A stretch of 63,992 nucleotides of DNA, filler included, from an uncultured bacterium (GTDB lineage: Bacteria; Auribacterota; CAZIXI01), in the NCBI GenBank assembly GCA_964543115.1. It is 6 parts of 6 records of this genome, joined end to end, with 100 filler letters (N's around TTAATTAATTAA, not from the genome) between each part and the next. Parts side by side here need not be neighbours in the genome. Positions count along the whole stretch, not along the records: positions 1 to 10,934 come from CAZIXI010000110.1; 5 more parts are not named here. One strand, 5' to 3'. Of this stretch, positions 1-9,971 are shown piece after piece. Position numbers and translations under genes: made by a program. The notes beneath the pieces are model-generated. The model saw only the letters and a list, made by a program, of their open reading frames with translations, had not been told where the DNA came from and made no database searches. Within the stretch, counting starts at the first letter, position 1. Every line of letters begins with the position of its first letter.

Positions 1-924
1 CAAATGAAGGGTAATCAGCGGTGGGGATATCAGATTGTCGGCCTGGTTAGTAACCGGGAGGAAGAAAATATTCATAATGTGGAGGGAATTCCGGTATTGG
101 GTGATTTATATCGGTTTCAGGAAATTCTCGAGAAAAAAAGGCCGGATGAAGTTATCCTGGCCATGAGCGGGCTTCCGCATGAACAGATAATGAATCTGAT
201 TATTAAATGCGAAAAACGGTTGATTGCTTTTAAGCTTGTTCCGGATATGTTTGAACTGCTTACCAGTAATGTAGATATCTATGAGCTGGATGGGGTGTCG
301 CTTCTGGGGATTAAGGAGCTTCCCCTAGAGTATGCCTGGAACAGGTTTACTAAACGGACAATGGATGTTTCTGGCGCTCTGGTGGGATTAGTGCTTAGTT
401 CTCCTTTTTATCTCGTTTTGCCTTTTATTATCAAGTTTTCTTCTCCCGGCCCGGTGTTTTACCGCCAGGCACGCTGCGGTGAGGATGGTAAGGTATTTGC
501 CCTTTATAAGTTTCGGACGATGTACGAAGATGCGGAGAGTAAAACCGGCCCTGTCTGGGCACAGGAGAATGACAGCCGCTGTACCAGAATCGGAAAATGG
601 CTGCGCAATCTTTATCTGTATGAGTAGCCGCAGATGATTAATGTTATTAAAGGGGATATGAGCCTGGTTGGGCCGCGGCCCGAACGTCCTCATTTTGTCG
701 AGCAATTCAAGGAGAATGTTCCGCGGTATATGTCCCGGCATTTGGTTAAGAGCGGAATTACCGGTTGGGCCCAGGTTAGTGGATTGCGCGGGAACACGCC
801 GCTAAAAGAACGAATCATGTACGATATGTACTATGCCGAGCATTGGTCGCTTCTCTTTGATGTGAAAATTATTTTAATGACATTGTTTTCTAAAAAGATT
901 CTGCCGGTTAAGGAAGGGAAATAA
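1..924 (+). pseudogene. WcaJ-like undecaprenyl-phosphate sugar phosphotransferase, 5' truncated by the window, interrupted by an in-frame TAG at 625-627
   Basis: Motifs KRTMDV, GPVFYRQAR, YKFRTM and [13 protein letters not shown]. ORFs 4..627 and 634..924 share a frame; conserved DELPQ reads YE*PQ. Confidence 0.85.
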
Positions 925-926
925 CA

Positions 927-1364
927 ATGCTTAAACGGATTTCAATAAATACTTCTAAACGGATAGAGTTTATTGATATTACCGCGGATGTTCAGAAGGT
1001 ACTCAGTGCCGCTAAGGTCAAAGAGGGGATTTGTTATGTTTTTGTCCCTCATACTACGGCTGCGGTTACAATTAACGAAAATGCCGATCCCAGTGTGGTG
1101 CGGGATATTAATATGCAGTTAACTAAGCTGGTTCCTGCTGGGGCAGTCTATACCCATTCTGATAATAGCAGTCCCAGCGGAGCTGGGGCCGGATATGCTC
1201 ACGCAGAGGGGAATGCCGATTCGCATGTTAAAGCGAGTATGCTGGGGGCGTCGGAAACGGTACTTATCGAAAACGGCCGTTTGGTTCTCGGGACCTGGCA
1301 GGGTATCTATTTCGCGGAGTTCGACGGCCCGCGCAGCCGGCAGATGCTGGTTAAGGTTGTTTAG
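927..1364 (+). CDS. yjbQ: YjbQ/UPF0047 family protein (secondary thiamine-phosphate synthase) with a 15-codon insertion
   Basis: Motifs PHTTAAVTINENADP, NADSH.KAS and LGTWQGIYFAEFDGPR. Confidence 0.9.
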   Translation: MLKRISINTSKRIEFIDITADVQKVLSAAKVKEGICYVFVPHTTAAVTINENADPSVVRDINMQLTKLVPAGAVYTHSDNSSPSGAGAGYAHAEGNADSHVKASMLGASETVLIENGRLVLGTWQGIYFAEFDGPRSRQMLVKVV

Positions 1365-1479
1365 CAAAATCAATTTGGCTAATTCCTCTAAAGAGGAATC
1401 TTACCGAACTTGCTTATAAGAAATCTGAGTTAATCCGTGCGTTTCACGTCTGTGGCTAAATTAAAAACGATTTAGCTAA

Positions 1480-2520
1480 TTAATACCTTCTGTAAGAACT
1501 TATTCCGATTCTGACATACACTCCGTTCCGATACGAATAACCACCCAGACGCCAGCTGGCCCAGTTGCGTACTTCGGTATGGGTCCGCCTGGCCCAGACC
1601 GGACGGCGGCACCAGGCAGTGCTGTAGTATGTATAGGGATTAGTAATTACGCCACTGTATATTCCATAATAAGGATAAGAATAATAATTTAAATAATCAC
1701 TGTATGCCTGGTAAGCCAGTTGTTGACGCTGCATCTTTTCCTGGTGTTTTTGTTTGTCCCGTTCACGCTGCCAGGCATCCTGGGCGGCAATGTCCTGGTC
1801 GGCAGAGGCGCGTTGTCTTTTCTGGATTTCGACCGGAACGGTTTTTGCGTCCCTGACGGTTTCCCCGGCGGTTGGCTGCCAGCCGGGGGGCGGGGCGCCG
1901 GGAGCAGCTGCTTGTAAATACGTTTCACAACGGGCGGCTTTATCATTTTTACCCAGTTTACGGTAAGTTTCCGCCAGGACCTTAACGGCGTCCTGGCTGG
2001 GTGTTTCTTTTACCAGTTTATCGGCGATATCTAAACAATTTTCTGCCTCTTTATTTTTGTTGATACTGGCAAAGGCCCGGCCGGTCTCAATCAGGCCGAA
2101 TACATCTTCTTTTTCTTCGGCAAGCTGCTTTGCCTGTTCCCAAAGTTTTTCGGATTTAGCTAATGTTTTTAAGTTGTCCGGTAAACTGGCATAGGCATAA
2201 CCGATGGCAATTGCGCTTCGCCAATCTTTTGCTTTTTCTACTATTGGCACTGCTTTATCAAAAAGTTTTTTTGCCCCGTCAGCATCACCAAGGGTGGAAA
2301 GTCCGTAACCGGCGTCTAACAGGCCTTGCCAGTTATTGGCCGTTTCAGCATAGCCGGCGGCTTTGTTAAACAGTTCTTTGGCTTCAGCCGTTTTATTTTC
2401 TTCTGCCGCTTTGTAAGCTCGGCCCATGGCATCGTTAAGCTGTTCTTCTACCGTCATGCCTAAGGCTATAGCGCAGAAGAAAATAAGAGACATGATTGCT
2501 GTAAACGATAAAGATTTCAT
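1480..2520 (-). CDS. Exported TPR-like helical-repeat protein with a Pro-rich linker, coiled coil and Tyr-rich tail
   Basis: ATG at 2520 follows SD GGGAGG; signal peptide MKSLSFTAIMSLIFFCAIALG; repeated A..LF.KA / W..L...G..Y helices. Confidence 0.75.
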   Translation of the reverse strand: MKSLSFTAIMSLIFFCAIALGMTVEEQLNDAMGRAYKAAEENKTAEAKELFNKAAGYAETANNWQGLLDAGYGLSTLGDADGAKKLFDKAVPIVEKAKDWRSAIAIGYAYASLPDNLKTLAKSEKLWEQAKQLAEEKEDVFGLIETGRAFASINKNKEAENCLDIADKLVKETPSQDAVKVLAETYRKLGKNDKAARCETYLQAAAPGAPPPGWQPTAGETVRDAKTVPVEIQKRQRASADQDIAAQDAWQRERDKQKHQEKMQRQQLAYQAYSDYLNYYSYPYYGIYSGVITNPYTYYSTAWCRRPVWARRTHTEVRNWASWRLGGYSYRNGVYVRIGISSYRRY

Positions 2521-2539
2521 GAATACCTCCCTTTCAATT

Positions 2540-2567
2540 TCGGATTGAGGATTTTGGATTGCGGATT
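2540..2567 (-). repeat. Four tandem heptamers AATCCNN
   Basis: Minus strand reads AATCCGC AATCCAA AATCCTC AATCCGA. Confidence 0.8.
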
Positions 2568-2642
2568 TTTTATTCCGATTCTGCAATAATATAATATTTT
2601 CTGTACTTTGTAAACAAATAGTTATACAATATCTATCTTCTT

Positions 2643-3032
2643 ATGGATAAGAAAAATATATATTCAGCTAAGGCCCCGGAACCTGTTGGTCCCTATTCAC
2701 AAGCGGTGCAGGCGGGGCGGTTTGTTTACGTTTCCGGGCAGATTCCGCTTAATCCGGATAGTGGAGAGCTGGTTTTGGGTAATATTAATGATCAGGCCCG
2801 GCAGGTATTAACTAATCTGCGGGCAGTATTGGCAGCAGCCGGTTGTTCTCTTGTGGATGTGGTGAAAACCACTGTTTATTTAACTGATCTAAATCTTTTT
2901 CCGCAGGTAAATGAGGTTTACGGCACTTTTTTTACTCAGGATCCGCCGGCCCGCGCTTGTGTCGGAGTATCTTCTCTGCCCAAGGGTGTGGGTATTGAAA
3001 TAGAAGCAGTCGCTGTTAAAAAGAGTCTTTGA
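2643..3032 (+). CDS. ridA: RidA/YjgF family enamine deaminase
   Basis: Motifs APEPVGPYSQA, SGQIPL, PARACVGVSSLPKGVGIEIEA. Confidence 0.93.
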   Translation: MDKKNIYSAKAPEPVGPYSQAVQAGRFVYVSGQIPLNPDSGELVLGNINDQARQVLTNLRAVLAAAGCSLVDVVKTTVYLTDLNLFPQVNEVYGTFFTQDPPARACVGVSSLPKGVGIEIEAVAVKKSL

Positions 3033-3050
3033 TCTTAAAATGGAGGGTAT

Positions 3051-4448
3051 ATGGCAAAGATTAAATTTGATTTCAATAATATGATGGCCGGCCGTATCGG
3101 TGCCTGTCATGGGATTAAGGAAATGGAGGTAAGTGAAATAATGCCTTTAATTGACCAGGCTTTTACGGAACTGGAAAATGGTCAGTGGGGTTTTCGCAAA
3201 TTGCCGCTAGCCGAAGATTTGGTTAAAAAGCTTAATCTCTATGCGGATAGTGTCGCGGGAAAATACGAGAATCTGGTTGTGGTTGGTATTGGCGGGTCAG
3301 CCCTGGGAAATCGCGCCCTGCATAGTGCCCTTCATCACCCGTTGTATAATCTGTTTTCCAAACAGGATCGGGGAGGGAAACCAAGGTTTTTTGTGCTGGA
3401 AAATGTTGATCCGGATACGGTAGCTACTTTATTTAAGGTAATTGATTGTAAAAAGACACTTTTTAATGTGATAACAAAAAGCGGCTCTACGGCTGAAACA
3501 ATGAGTAAATTTATTATTCTGCGAAAGATGTTACGTGAAGCTGTCGGAGAAAAAAGTTATAAGGGAAATTTTGTTTTTACTACCGATCCGGAGAAGGGTA
3601 CGTTACGCGAACTGGCTCGTAATGAAGGTGTCAGTGCGTTTGATGTTCCCCCGGATGTAGGCGGCCGGTTTTCGGTGCTTTCTGCCGTGGGATTGTTTTC
3701 CGCGGCGGTAACCGGGATCAATATCGCGGAATTGCTGGCCGGGGCCAGGGAGATGGATAAGTCGGTAAGGCAGCGGGATGTCTGGCAGAATCCTGCCTGT
3801 TTATCAGCTGTTTTTCAATATTTATTTTATAAAAAAGGACGGCCGCTTTCGGTGTTCATGCCCTATAGTGACCGGTTAAAAGATATGAGTGAGTGGTTTG
3901 CCCAGTTATGGGCAGAGAGTCTGGGTAAAGCAAAGAATAAGATGAATGAGTTAGTTGCTGTAGGCTCTACCCCAGTTAAGGCCGTGGGAGCGATTGATCA
4001 GCATTCCCAGCTCCAGCTTTATATGGAAGGACCGGAAGATAAGGTGTTCCGGTTTATTAGGGTAGAGGAATTTGATGAGACTGTAGTAATTCCGGCAGAA
4101 TTGCAGGATTATTCCGGTATAAGCTATTTGGGCGGGCATAGTCTGAATGAATTGATTAATGCCGAACAATTGGGCACGGAACTGGCCTTAACAAAACAGT
4201 CCCGGCCAAACTGTACTGTTACTATGGACAGGATTACGCCTTTCAATTTAGGAGCGCTTATCTATATGTTGGAAGTGGAAACGGCGTTTATGGGCCAGCT
4301 CTTGCAGATAGATCCGTTTAACCAGCCGGGAGTTGAATTGAGTAAGCAGATTACCTACGCCCTCTTAGGACGCCCCGGCTATGAAGCAAAGAAAAAGGAA
4401 ATTGAACAATTGCCTCGCACTAATGACAAATATTCGTTAAATTGGTAA
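3051..4448 (+). CDS. pgi: Glucose-6-phosphate isomerase
   Basis: Motifs GIGGSALG, TKSGSTAET, VGGRFSVLS, QLWAESLGK, DQHSQLQLY, DPFNQPGVE.SK. Confidence 0.96.
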   Translation: MAKIKFDFNNMMAGRIGACHGIKEMEVSEIMPLIDQAFTELENGQWGFRKLPLAEDLVKKLNLYADSVAGKYENLVVVGIGGSALGNRALHSALHHPLYNLFSKQDRGGKPRFFVLENVDPDTVATLFKVIDCKKTLFNVITKSGSTAETMSKFIILRKMLREAVGEKSYKGNFVFTTDPEKGTLRELARNEGVSAFDVPPDVGGRFSVLSAVGLFSAAVTGINIAELLAGAREMDKSVRQRDVWQNPACLSAVFQYLFYKKGRPLSVFMPYSDRLKDMSEWFAQLWAESLGKAKNKMNELVAVGSTPVKAVGAIDQHSQLQLYMEGPEDKVFRFIRVEEFDETVVIPAELQDYSGISYLGGHSLNELINAEQLGTELALTKQSRPNCTVTMDRITPFNLGALIYMLEVETAFMGQLLQIDPFNQPGVELSKQITYALLGRPGYEAKKKEIEQLPRTNDKYSLNW

Positions 4449-4477
4449 CTTTACTCTGATGTTCTGATACTCTGTCA

Positions 4478-4529
4478 CCCCAATGCTTCGCATTGGGGCT
4501 GCCATTATAGGAATGGCTATAGACTGCTT
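4478..4529. repeat. Palindromic intergenic element: hairpin CCCCAATGC-TTC-GCATTGGGG followed by CTGC...GAATGGCTATAGACTGC
   Basis: 9-bp perfect stem. The tail matches the repeat unit at 30713. It runs into five 8-bp repeats (CT[TC]TGT[CT][AG], 4527-4566). Confidence 0.75.
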
Positions 4530-4574
4530 TGTCACTTTGTTGCTTTGTCACTCTGTCACTCTGTCACTATATTT

Positions 4575-5651
4575 ATGTGGTTCTTAGCCTATATCTCAAT
4601 TTTTTTAATTAGTTTACTGCTAAGCTTCGTGTTAACGGATGTCTGCCGTTATCTGGCTTTACGCTGGGGGTTTGTTGACCGGCCGCAGAAGGGTAGGTTT
4701 CATACCAGAACTACACCTCTTCTGGGTGGTTTGGGGATCTTTCTGAGTTTCAGTCTGACCATTATTGGCGGATTGTTGGCGGTTTGGAAATTTGCTGACA
4801 TACTTCCGGATAAAATCCAGGCGTTTTTGCCAGGCATCACTTTGCGGCTGCCGTGGCTGGCGGTTATTCTTGCCGGCGGTTTAGCTATGGCGGTAACGGG
4901 TTTAGTTGATGATAGGATAAATTTGCGGCCGCACTGGAAATTGTTAATTCAATTCATTATTGCCTTTCTTATTGCCCGGGCTGGGATCCGGGTGAAACTG
5001 TTCGTCCGCTGGGAATGGTTTAGTTATCTGGTGACCATTTTCTGGCTGCTGTTTATTACCAATGCCTTCAATCTTCTCGATAACCTGGACGGAGTAAGCG
5101 CGGGAGTGGCTTTCATTAGCAGCATAATGTTGTTTTTAGTGGCCTTGATGCTGCATCAATATTTTATCGGGGCTATCCTGGCTGTTTTTATGGGCAGTGT
5201 GTTAGGATTTCTCTATTACAATTTTCCGCCGGCAAAGATTTTTATGGGGGATTGTGGGAGTATGTTTATCGGGTTTATTTTTTCTATTATTACTGTTTTA
5301 GGCACTTATTATAAGCCCTATAGTCCGACATTGTTTCCGGTAGCGATTCCGCTGATTGTTCTGGCTGTGCCGATCTTTGATACGCTTTCGGTTTTTGTCA
5401 TTCGCCTGTTGCGTAAACAGCCTTTGTTTCGCGGTGATAAAAATCATTTTGCTCACCGGTTAGTGCGGTTAGGGATGCGGGAGCCGGTAGCTGTTTTGTT
5501 CCTCTACCTGGTAACGCTTTGTGTGGGCCTGCCTAGTGTTCTTCTGCCGATTATGCCTCTTGCCGGTGTGCTGATAATCTTTTCACAAGCGGTTGTGGTT
5601 ATGGTTATTGTCGCGATTCTGGAGTTTTTCGGTAAACGGGCCGGAGAATAG
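4575..5651 (+). CDS. MraY/WecA/TagO-family undecaprenyl-phosphate GlcNAc-1-phosphate transferase
   Basis: Motifs TPLLGGLGI, GLVDD, NAFNLLDNLDG, NFPPAKIFMGDCGS, HFAHRL; multiple TM helices. ATG 4575 is preferred over the TTG inside the repeats. Confidence 0.9.
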   Translation: MWFLAYISIFLISLLLSFVLTDVCRYLALRWGFVDRPQKGRFHTRTTPLLGGLGIFLSFSLTIIGGLLAVWKFADILPDKIQAFLPGITLRLPWLAVILAGGLAMAVTGLVDDRINLRPHWKLLIQFIIAFLIARAGIRVKLFVRWEWFSYLVTIFWLLFITNAFNLLDNLDGVSAGVAFISSIMLFLVALMLHQYFIGAILAVFMGSVLGFLYYNFPPAKIFMGDCGSMFIGFIFSIITVLGTYYKPYSPTLFPVAIPLIVLAVPIFDTLSVFVIRLLRKQPLFRGDKNHFAHRLVRLGMREPVAVLFLYLVTLCVGLPSVLLPIMPLAGVLIIFSQAVVVMVIVAILEFFGKRAGE

Positions 5652-5657
5652 TGAAAA

Positions 5658-7763
5658 ATGGAATTCAAATTGGATTTTTTTAATTTCCGGATGGTCAAAC
5701 TTATCGTTCTAATTGGTGTCGGTCTACTGATCTTTCTGGCACCGCTAAAGTTCGGGATTACCCTCAATCCGGTGACGCTGGAGTTTCCTAAAGGAATCGG
5801 TCAGTGGCTTATTTACCCCTGGGTCCATTGGATCTGGCAAATTGGAATAGTCTCTATCTTTGCTATCTGGTTGATCGGATCAGTAGCCAGCGGGAAAATC
5901 CGTTGGCGCTATAGCAATGCCGATATCTGGATACTACTGTTTTTGGGTACGGCGATTTTAGCGGCATTCACTGCGCCATATTTTCTCCGGGCCAGGAATT
6001 GTCTCTGGCAGTGGATTGCTTATGCTCTATGTTATTGGCTGGTGTTGCAGCTCATTGATGAAGAAAAAGATTTGAAATGGCTGCTGGCCGTGTTGTTTAT
6101 CCCCGCTGTAATGATTTCAGTTTATGGAGTGTTCCAGTATTATATTGGGATGCCCCAGACAAGGGATTGGGCGGCACAGTATATGGATGCCGGGAGCCTG
6201 AATTTTATTGCGGAACGTTTATTCAGTAACCGGATTTTTGCCACGTTTGTTTATCCAAATACACTTGCCGGTTACCTTCTTCTGTTATTACCCTTGGCAC
6301 TTTTTTTACCCGCAATCGGATTGCGAAATCATCAACTCTGGTGGCGGAGAGTGGTTTTGGCCACGTTTTTTCTGGTTTTAGTTCACGTGCTTAGTTTGGG
6401 TTACCCGCAATACTTCATTATCTTTTTTCTGGGTGTTTGTCTTTATCCCTTGGTAATGATTTATGTTCTATTCCTGACCTTGTCTAAGGGAAGCTATATT
6501 GTTCTTTTGTTGACAATGTTGTTCCTGGTGCTGTTTTTTCTGCGTCTGCTGAAGGGCAGAAAACGAATGTTGTTAATGTTAATAGTCTTGGTCATTCTGG
6601 CCGTTGCCGGGTCATTAATCATAAGTTTTGGCGGCGGATTTATTGCCCGGGCAAAAATATCTTTCCTTACCAGGTGGGAGTATTGGACTGCCGGGTTGAA
6701 AATGATTAAGGCCTACCCGTTACGCGGTGTCGGCCCGGATAATTTTGGCGTGGTTTATCCCCTCTACAAACTTATTGTTGCCGAAGAAGTGCAGAATGCC
6801 CATAATAATTTTTTGCAGATTTGGGCTGAACAAGGTATTTTGGGTTTTATTGGTTTTTGTGGAATATGGATTTCGGTGTTGATTAAAGGATGGCGTAGAT
6901 TGTTGCGGCCGGAAAGGTCCGTGCGTTGGCTGACGTTGTTTGGTATGATGACCGGGTTGGTGGCTTTTGGCCTGCATAATCTTGGTGATTTCGACTGGTA
7001 TATACCGGGATTAACAGTTATTGCCTGGGTGTTTATGGCGGTAATTATTAATTTAAGTGGCCGTTTTCGTGAACGGGAAATAATTATCAGCAGCTGGTGG
7101 TTGCGGGGAATAATTATTCTGCTTATTTTTGTTGTCAGTAGTTTTGCCCTGTTGAATCTGGAAAGGAGTTTATTGGGAGAATATTATCATAAAGAGGGTA
7201 TTCAGGCGTTCCGCGATAAGAATTATCCTCTTGCGGAGGTTACGGCCCGGGTGGCGCTTAAACTTGATCAAAAGAGACCGCAGACCTATTATCTATTGGG
7301 CCGGTTAGCTGAAGCAAACAAGGATTATCTGGGTGCTGTGCCCTGGTATAATAGGGCGCTGGAATATAATCGTAATAATGCCAGTTACTGGTTCCGCATC
7401 GCCCAAGCTTATCGTCAGCATATGCAATATGCAAATGATTATTCATTGATGTCAGAGTGCGAGCAGGGATTATCCCGGGCGGTGGCCTTATATCCGGTTA
7501 GCCCTATGTACCATTTGCATTTGGGACAGTATTATGAAAGTGCCGGAAATTTTATTCTTGCGCTGAAAGAATATCAGGAATGCCTGCAGCTGAATAATCA
7601 GTTAAAAGCTGAACATAAAAAACGGGGAAAACTATTGAAGCAAATGATTTTGCCAGAAAAAGTAATCGCCGAGTTAGAAAAGCGTATGGCAAGGTTGGCC
7701 AAAGTCGCGCAATGTGAAAGCAAAAAATCCGAAATCCAAAATCGAACAAGGGGGTTAAAATGA
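5658..7763 (+). CDS. O-antigen ligase/polymerase (Wzy_C) family membrane protein with C-terminal TPRs
   Basis: Motifs [28 protein letters not shown] and [16 protein letters not shown]-terminal TPR repeats. Confidence 0.88.
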   Translation: MEFKLDFFNFRMVKLIVLIGVGLLIFLAPLKFGITLNPVTLEFPKGIGQWLIYPWVHWIWQIGIVSIFAIWLIGSVASGKIRWRYSNADIWILLFLGTAILAAFTAPYFLRARNCLWQWIAYALCYWLVLQLIDEEKDLKWLLAVLFIPAVMISVYGVFQYYIGMPQTRDWAAQYMDAGSLNFIAERLFSNRIFATFVYPNTLAGYLLLLLPLALFLPAIGLRNHQLWWRRVVLATFFLVLVHVLSLGYPQYFIIFFLGVCLYPLVMIYVLFLTLSKGSYIVLLLTMLFLVLFFLRLLKGRKRMLLMLIVLVILAVAGSLIISFGGGFIARAKISFLTRWEYWTAGLKMIKAYPLRGVGPDNFGVVYPLYKLIVAEEVQNAHNNFLQIWAEQGILGFIGFCGIWISVLIKGWRRLLRPERSVRWLTLFGMMTGLVAFGLHNLGDFDWYIPGLTVIAWVFMAVIINLSGRFREREIIISSWWLRGIIILLIFVVSSFALLNLERSLLGEYYHKEGIQAFRDKNYPLAEVTARVALKLDQKRPQTYYLLGRLAEANKDYLGAVPWYNRALEYNRNNASYWFRIAQAYRQHMQYANDYSLMSECEQGLSRAVALYPVSPMYHLHLGQYYESAGNFILALKEYQECLQLNNQLKAEHKKRGKLLKQMILPEKVIAELEKRMARLAKVAQCESKKSEIQNRTRGLK

Positions 7764-8191
7764 AAATACTGGTTATTCACGGGCCGAATCTTAATCTGTT
7801 GGGCACAAGAGAGCCGGATGTTTATGGTCAGGTAACGTTGGACCAGATCAATAGAGAATTACAGCGTTTAGCAAAAGAGCATAAGGTTTCTCTGGAGTTA
7901 TACCAATCAAATCATGAAGGTGATTTGGTGGATTGTATTGGCGGGGCAGGTAATAAGGGAGTAGCCGTGATTATTATGAATCCGGCAGCCTATACGCATA
8001 CCAGTGTGGCGATCAGGGATGCGGTTGCGGCTAGTGGTGTGCCGGTGGTGGAAGTGCATTTATCCAATATCTACAGCCGGGAGGAGTTCAGGCATACATC
8101 TTTAATCGCCCCGGTTGCCAGAGGGCAGATATCCGGTTTTGGCGCTCAAAGTTACTATCTGGCTTTCTTAGCGGCAGTTAAGATGAAATAG
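7760..8191 (+). CDS. aroQ: Type II 3-dehydroquinate dehydratase
   Basis: Motifs [51 protein letters not shown]. Confidence 0.97.
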   Translation: MKILVIHGPNLNLLGTREPDVYGQVTLDQINRELQRLAKEHKVSLELYQSNHEGDLVDCIGGAGNKGVAVIIMNPAAYTHTSVAIRDAVAASGVPVVEVHLSNIYSREEFRHTSLIAPVARGQISGFGAQSYYLAFLAAVKMK

Positions 8192-8201
8192 GGGCAAAAA
8201 A

Positions 8202-9278
8202 TTGACAAACAGAATTAAAAAATTAAGACAAGAATTTATTTCGGGGAAATGCCAGGCGCTGGTCATATCTGATCTCCTGAATGTTGAGTATTTGACGGGA
8301 TTTAAAGGATCTTATGGGTTTGTTTTGGTAACCGGGAAAGAAGCCGTTCTTTTTACTGATGCCCGCTATTATCACGAAATTGTCGGCAGATTAAAAGGCG
8401 TTAGGGTTCGTCTTGTTGGTAATAGTTTCTCTAATCTAATCTATGCGTTGCTGCGTAAAAAACGGATTAAGAGTGTGGGTTTTGAGGCTGGGGCCTTAAG
8501 CTATCGCAGTTGGCGTGAGTGGAAGAGGGTATGGGTAGGGATTAAGTTAATTCCTGTAACTGCGCCGGTTGAACATATTAGAATGATTAAGGATCGACAG
8601 GAGATAAAGCTGATCAGGGAAGCTGTTCGTCTTGTTGATCAGGTGCTTGCCGATACGAAAAGGCAGATTAGGCCGGGAATAACGGAACAGGAATTGGTCC
8701 AGAAACTGGAAGATAAGATCAGGAAGGACAATCAGAGTCAATTTTCGTTTCCGGCGATTGTTGCCTATGGGAAACACGCGGCAGTACCTCATGCCCGGGC
8801 AGGGCGGAGTAAGTTGAGTAATAATCGATTGATATTGATTGACTTAGGCGCACAGAAGAAAGGGTACAGTTCTGACTTGACAAGGACGTTTTGGCTGGGT
8901 AGAATTACCCGTAAATTTGAGCGGATATATCGCATTGTTTTAACAGCTCAAAAATTGGCCATTGCCAAAATTGCCCCTGGAACAATAGTTGCTGAAATTG
9001 ACCAGGCAGCGAGGGATTATATCAAGAAACAGGGCTATGCTAAGTATTTTACACATGCCCTGGGGCATGGCATCGGTAAAGCTGTTCATGAATTACCCCG
9101 GATAAGCAGGAAGAGTAAACTCTGTTTGCGGCCCGGAATGGTATTTTCTGTAGAACCGGGAATATATATCCCCGGTTGGGGTGGGGTGAGAATTGAGGAT
9201 CTAGTGCTGGTAACCAATAAAGGCGCCGAAGTCCTCAGCAAGTCTCCCAAAACCCTGCACGAAATAACAATAAGGTAA
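8202..9278 (+). CDS. M24B Xaa-Pro aminopeptidase/dipeptidase
   Basis: Creatinase-like N-domain; metal-site motifs [24 protein letters not shown] and GVRIED. Confidence 0.93.
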   Translation: MTNRIKKLRQEFISGKCQALVISDLLNVEYLTGFKGSYGFVLVTGKEAVLFTDARYYHEIVGRLKGVRVRLVGNSFSNLIYALLRKKRIKSVGFEAGALSYRSWREWKRVWVGIKLIPVTAPVEHIRMIKDRQEIKLIREAVRLVDQVLADTKRQIRPGITEQELVQKLEDKIRKDNQSQFSFPAIVAYGKHAAVPHARAGRSKLSNNRLILIDLGAQKKGYSSDLTRTFWLGRITRKFERIYRIVLTAQKLAIAKIAPGTIVAEIDQAARDYIKKQGYAKYFTHALGHGIGKAVHELPRISRKSKLCLRPGMVFSVEPGIYIPGWGGVRIEDLVLVTNKGAEVLSKSPKTLHEITIR

Positions 9279-9324
9279 ACGAGAAACGAAAAACGACGAG
9301 CAAAGCTCGCGAGGAACGGCTCTT

Positions 9325-9882
9325 ATGGTTTCCACAAACGAACTCAAAAACGGAATGACAGTTATTATTGACAGTAATTTATTTACTGTCACCTGGTTTC
9401 AGCATGTGAAACCAGGGAAGGGCGGTGCCTTTGTGAAGACTAGGCTGAAAAATTGCCAGACAGGCGCGGTTATTGACCGTACCTTTCGGGCGGGTGAACA
9501 GTTGGAGCGTGCCTATCTGGAAGAAAAAAACATGGAATATCTTTACCATGACGGGGATAATCTCTGGTTTATGGATACCGAAAATTATGAGCAGCATCCC
9601 TTAAGTGAAAAGATGGTTGGTGAAAGTGTCGGGTTGCTGAAGGAAAACAGTAAGGTTAAAGTTACTTATTATGAAAATAAAGTGATGGGCGTTGAATTGC
9701 CGACCTTTGTTGAGTTAAAGGTAGTAGAAACCGAACCGGGATACAAGGGCAATACCGTGAGCGGCGGGAATAAACCGGCCACTCTGGAGACTGGCGCGGT
9801 AGTGCAAGTGCCTATGTTTGTCAAAGTCGGTGATAAGCTGAAGGTCGATACCCGTACCGGTGAATACGTCCAACGCGTATAA
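9325..9882 (+). CDS. efp: Elongation factor P
   Basis: Motifs HVKPGKGGAFV, YLY.DG, KPATLETG, VP.FV..G..LKVDTRTGEY..R. Confidence 0.98.
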   Translation: MVSTNELKNGMTVIIDSNLFTVTWFQHVKPGKGGAFVKTRLKNCQTGAVIDRTFRAGEQLERAYLEEKNMEYLYHDGDNLWFMDTENYEQHPLSEKMVGESVGLLKENSKVKVTYYENKVMGVELPTFVELKVVETEPGYKGNTVSGGNKPATLETGAVVQVPMFVKVGDKLKVDTRTGEYVQRV

Positions 9883-9935
9883 TATTACAAAAGTAGTCAA
9901 TGTGAGTCCAGCTCAATTACTAACATAAAGGACGG

Positions 9936-9955
9936 GACGGCCAGAGGCCGTCTAC
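9936..9955 (-). repeat. GTAG-type REP-like palindrome GTAGACGGCCTCTGGCCGTC
   Basis: Stem GACGGCC/GGCCGTC with a terminal GTAG, in the efp-accB spacer. Confidence 0.6.
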
Positions 9956-9971
9956 GCCAAGAGAGGTGCCA

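Noticed and set aside
2521..2586. N-terminal extension MQNRNKKSAIQNPQSEIE of the TPR protein, and MSLCHSVTIF of the MraY-like gene
   Set aside because: Both are translations of short tandem repeats. Downstream ATGs (2520, which has an SD and signal peptide, and 4575) are better starts.
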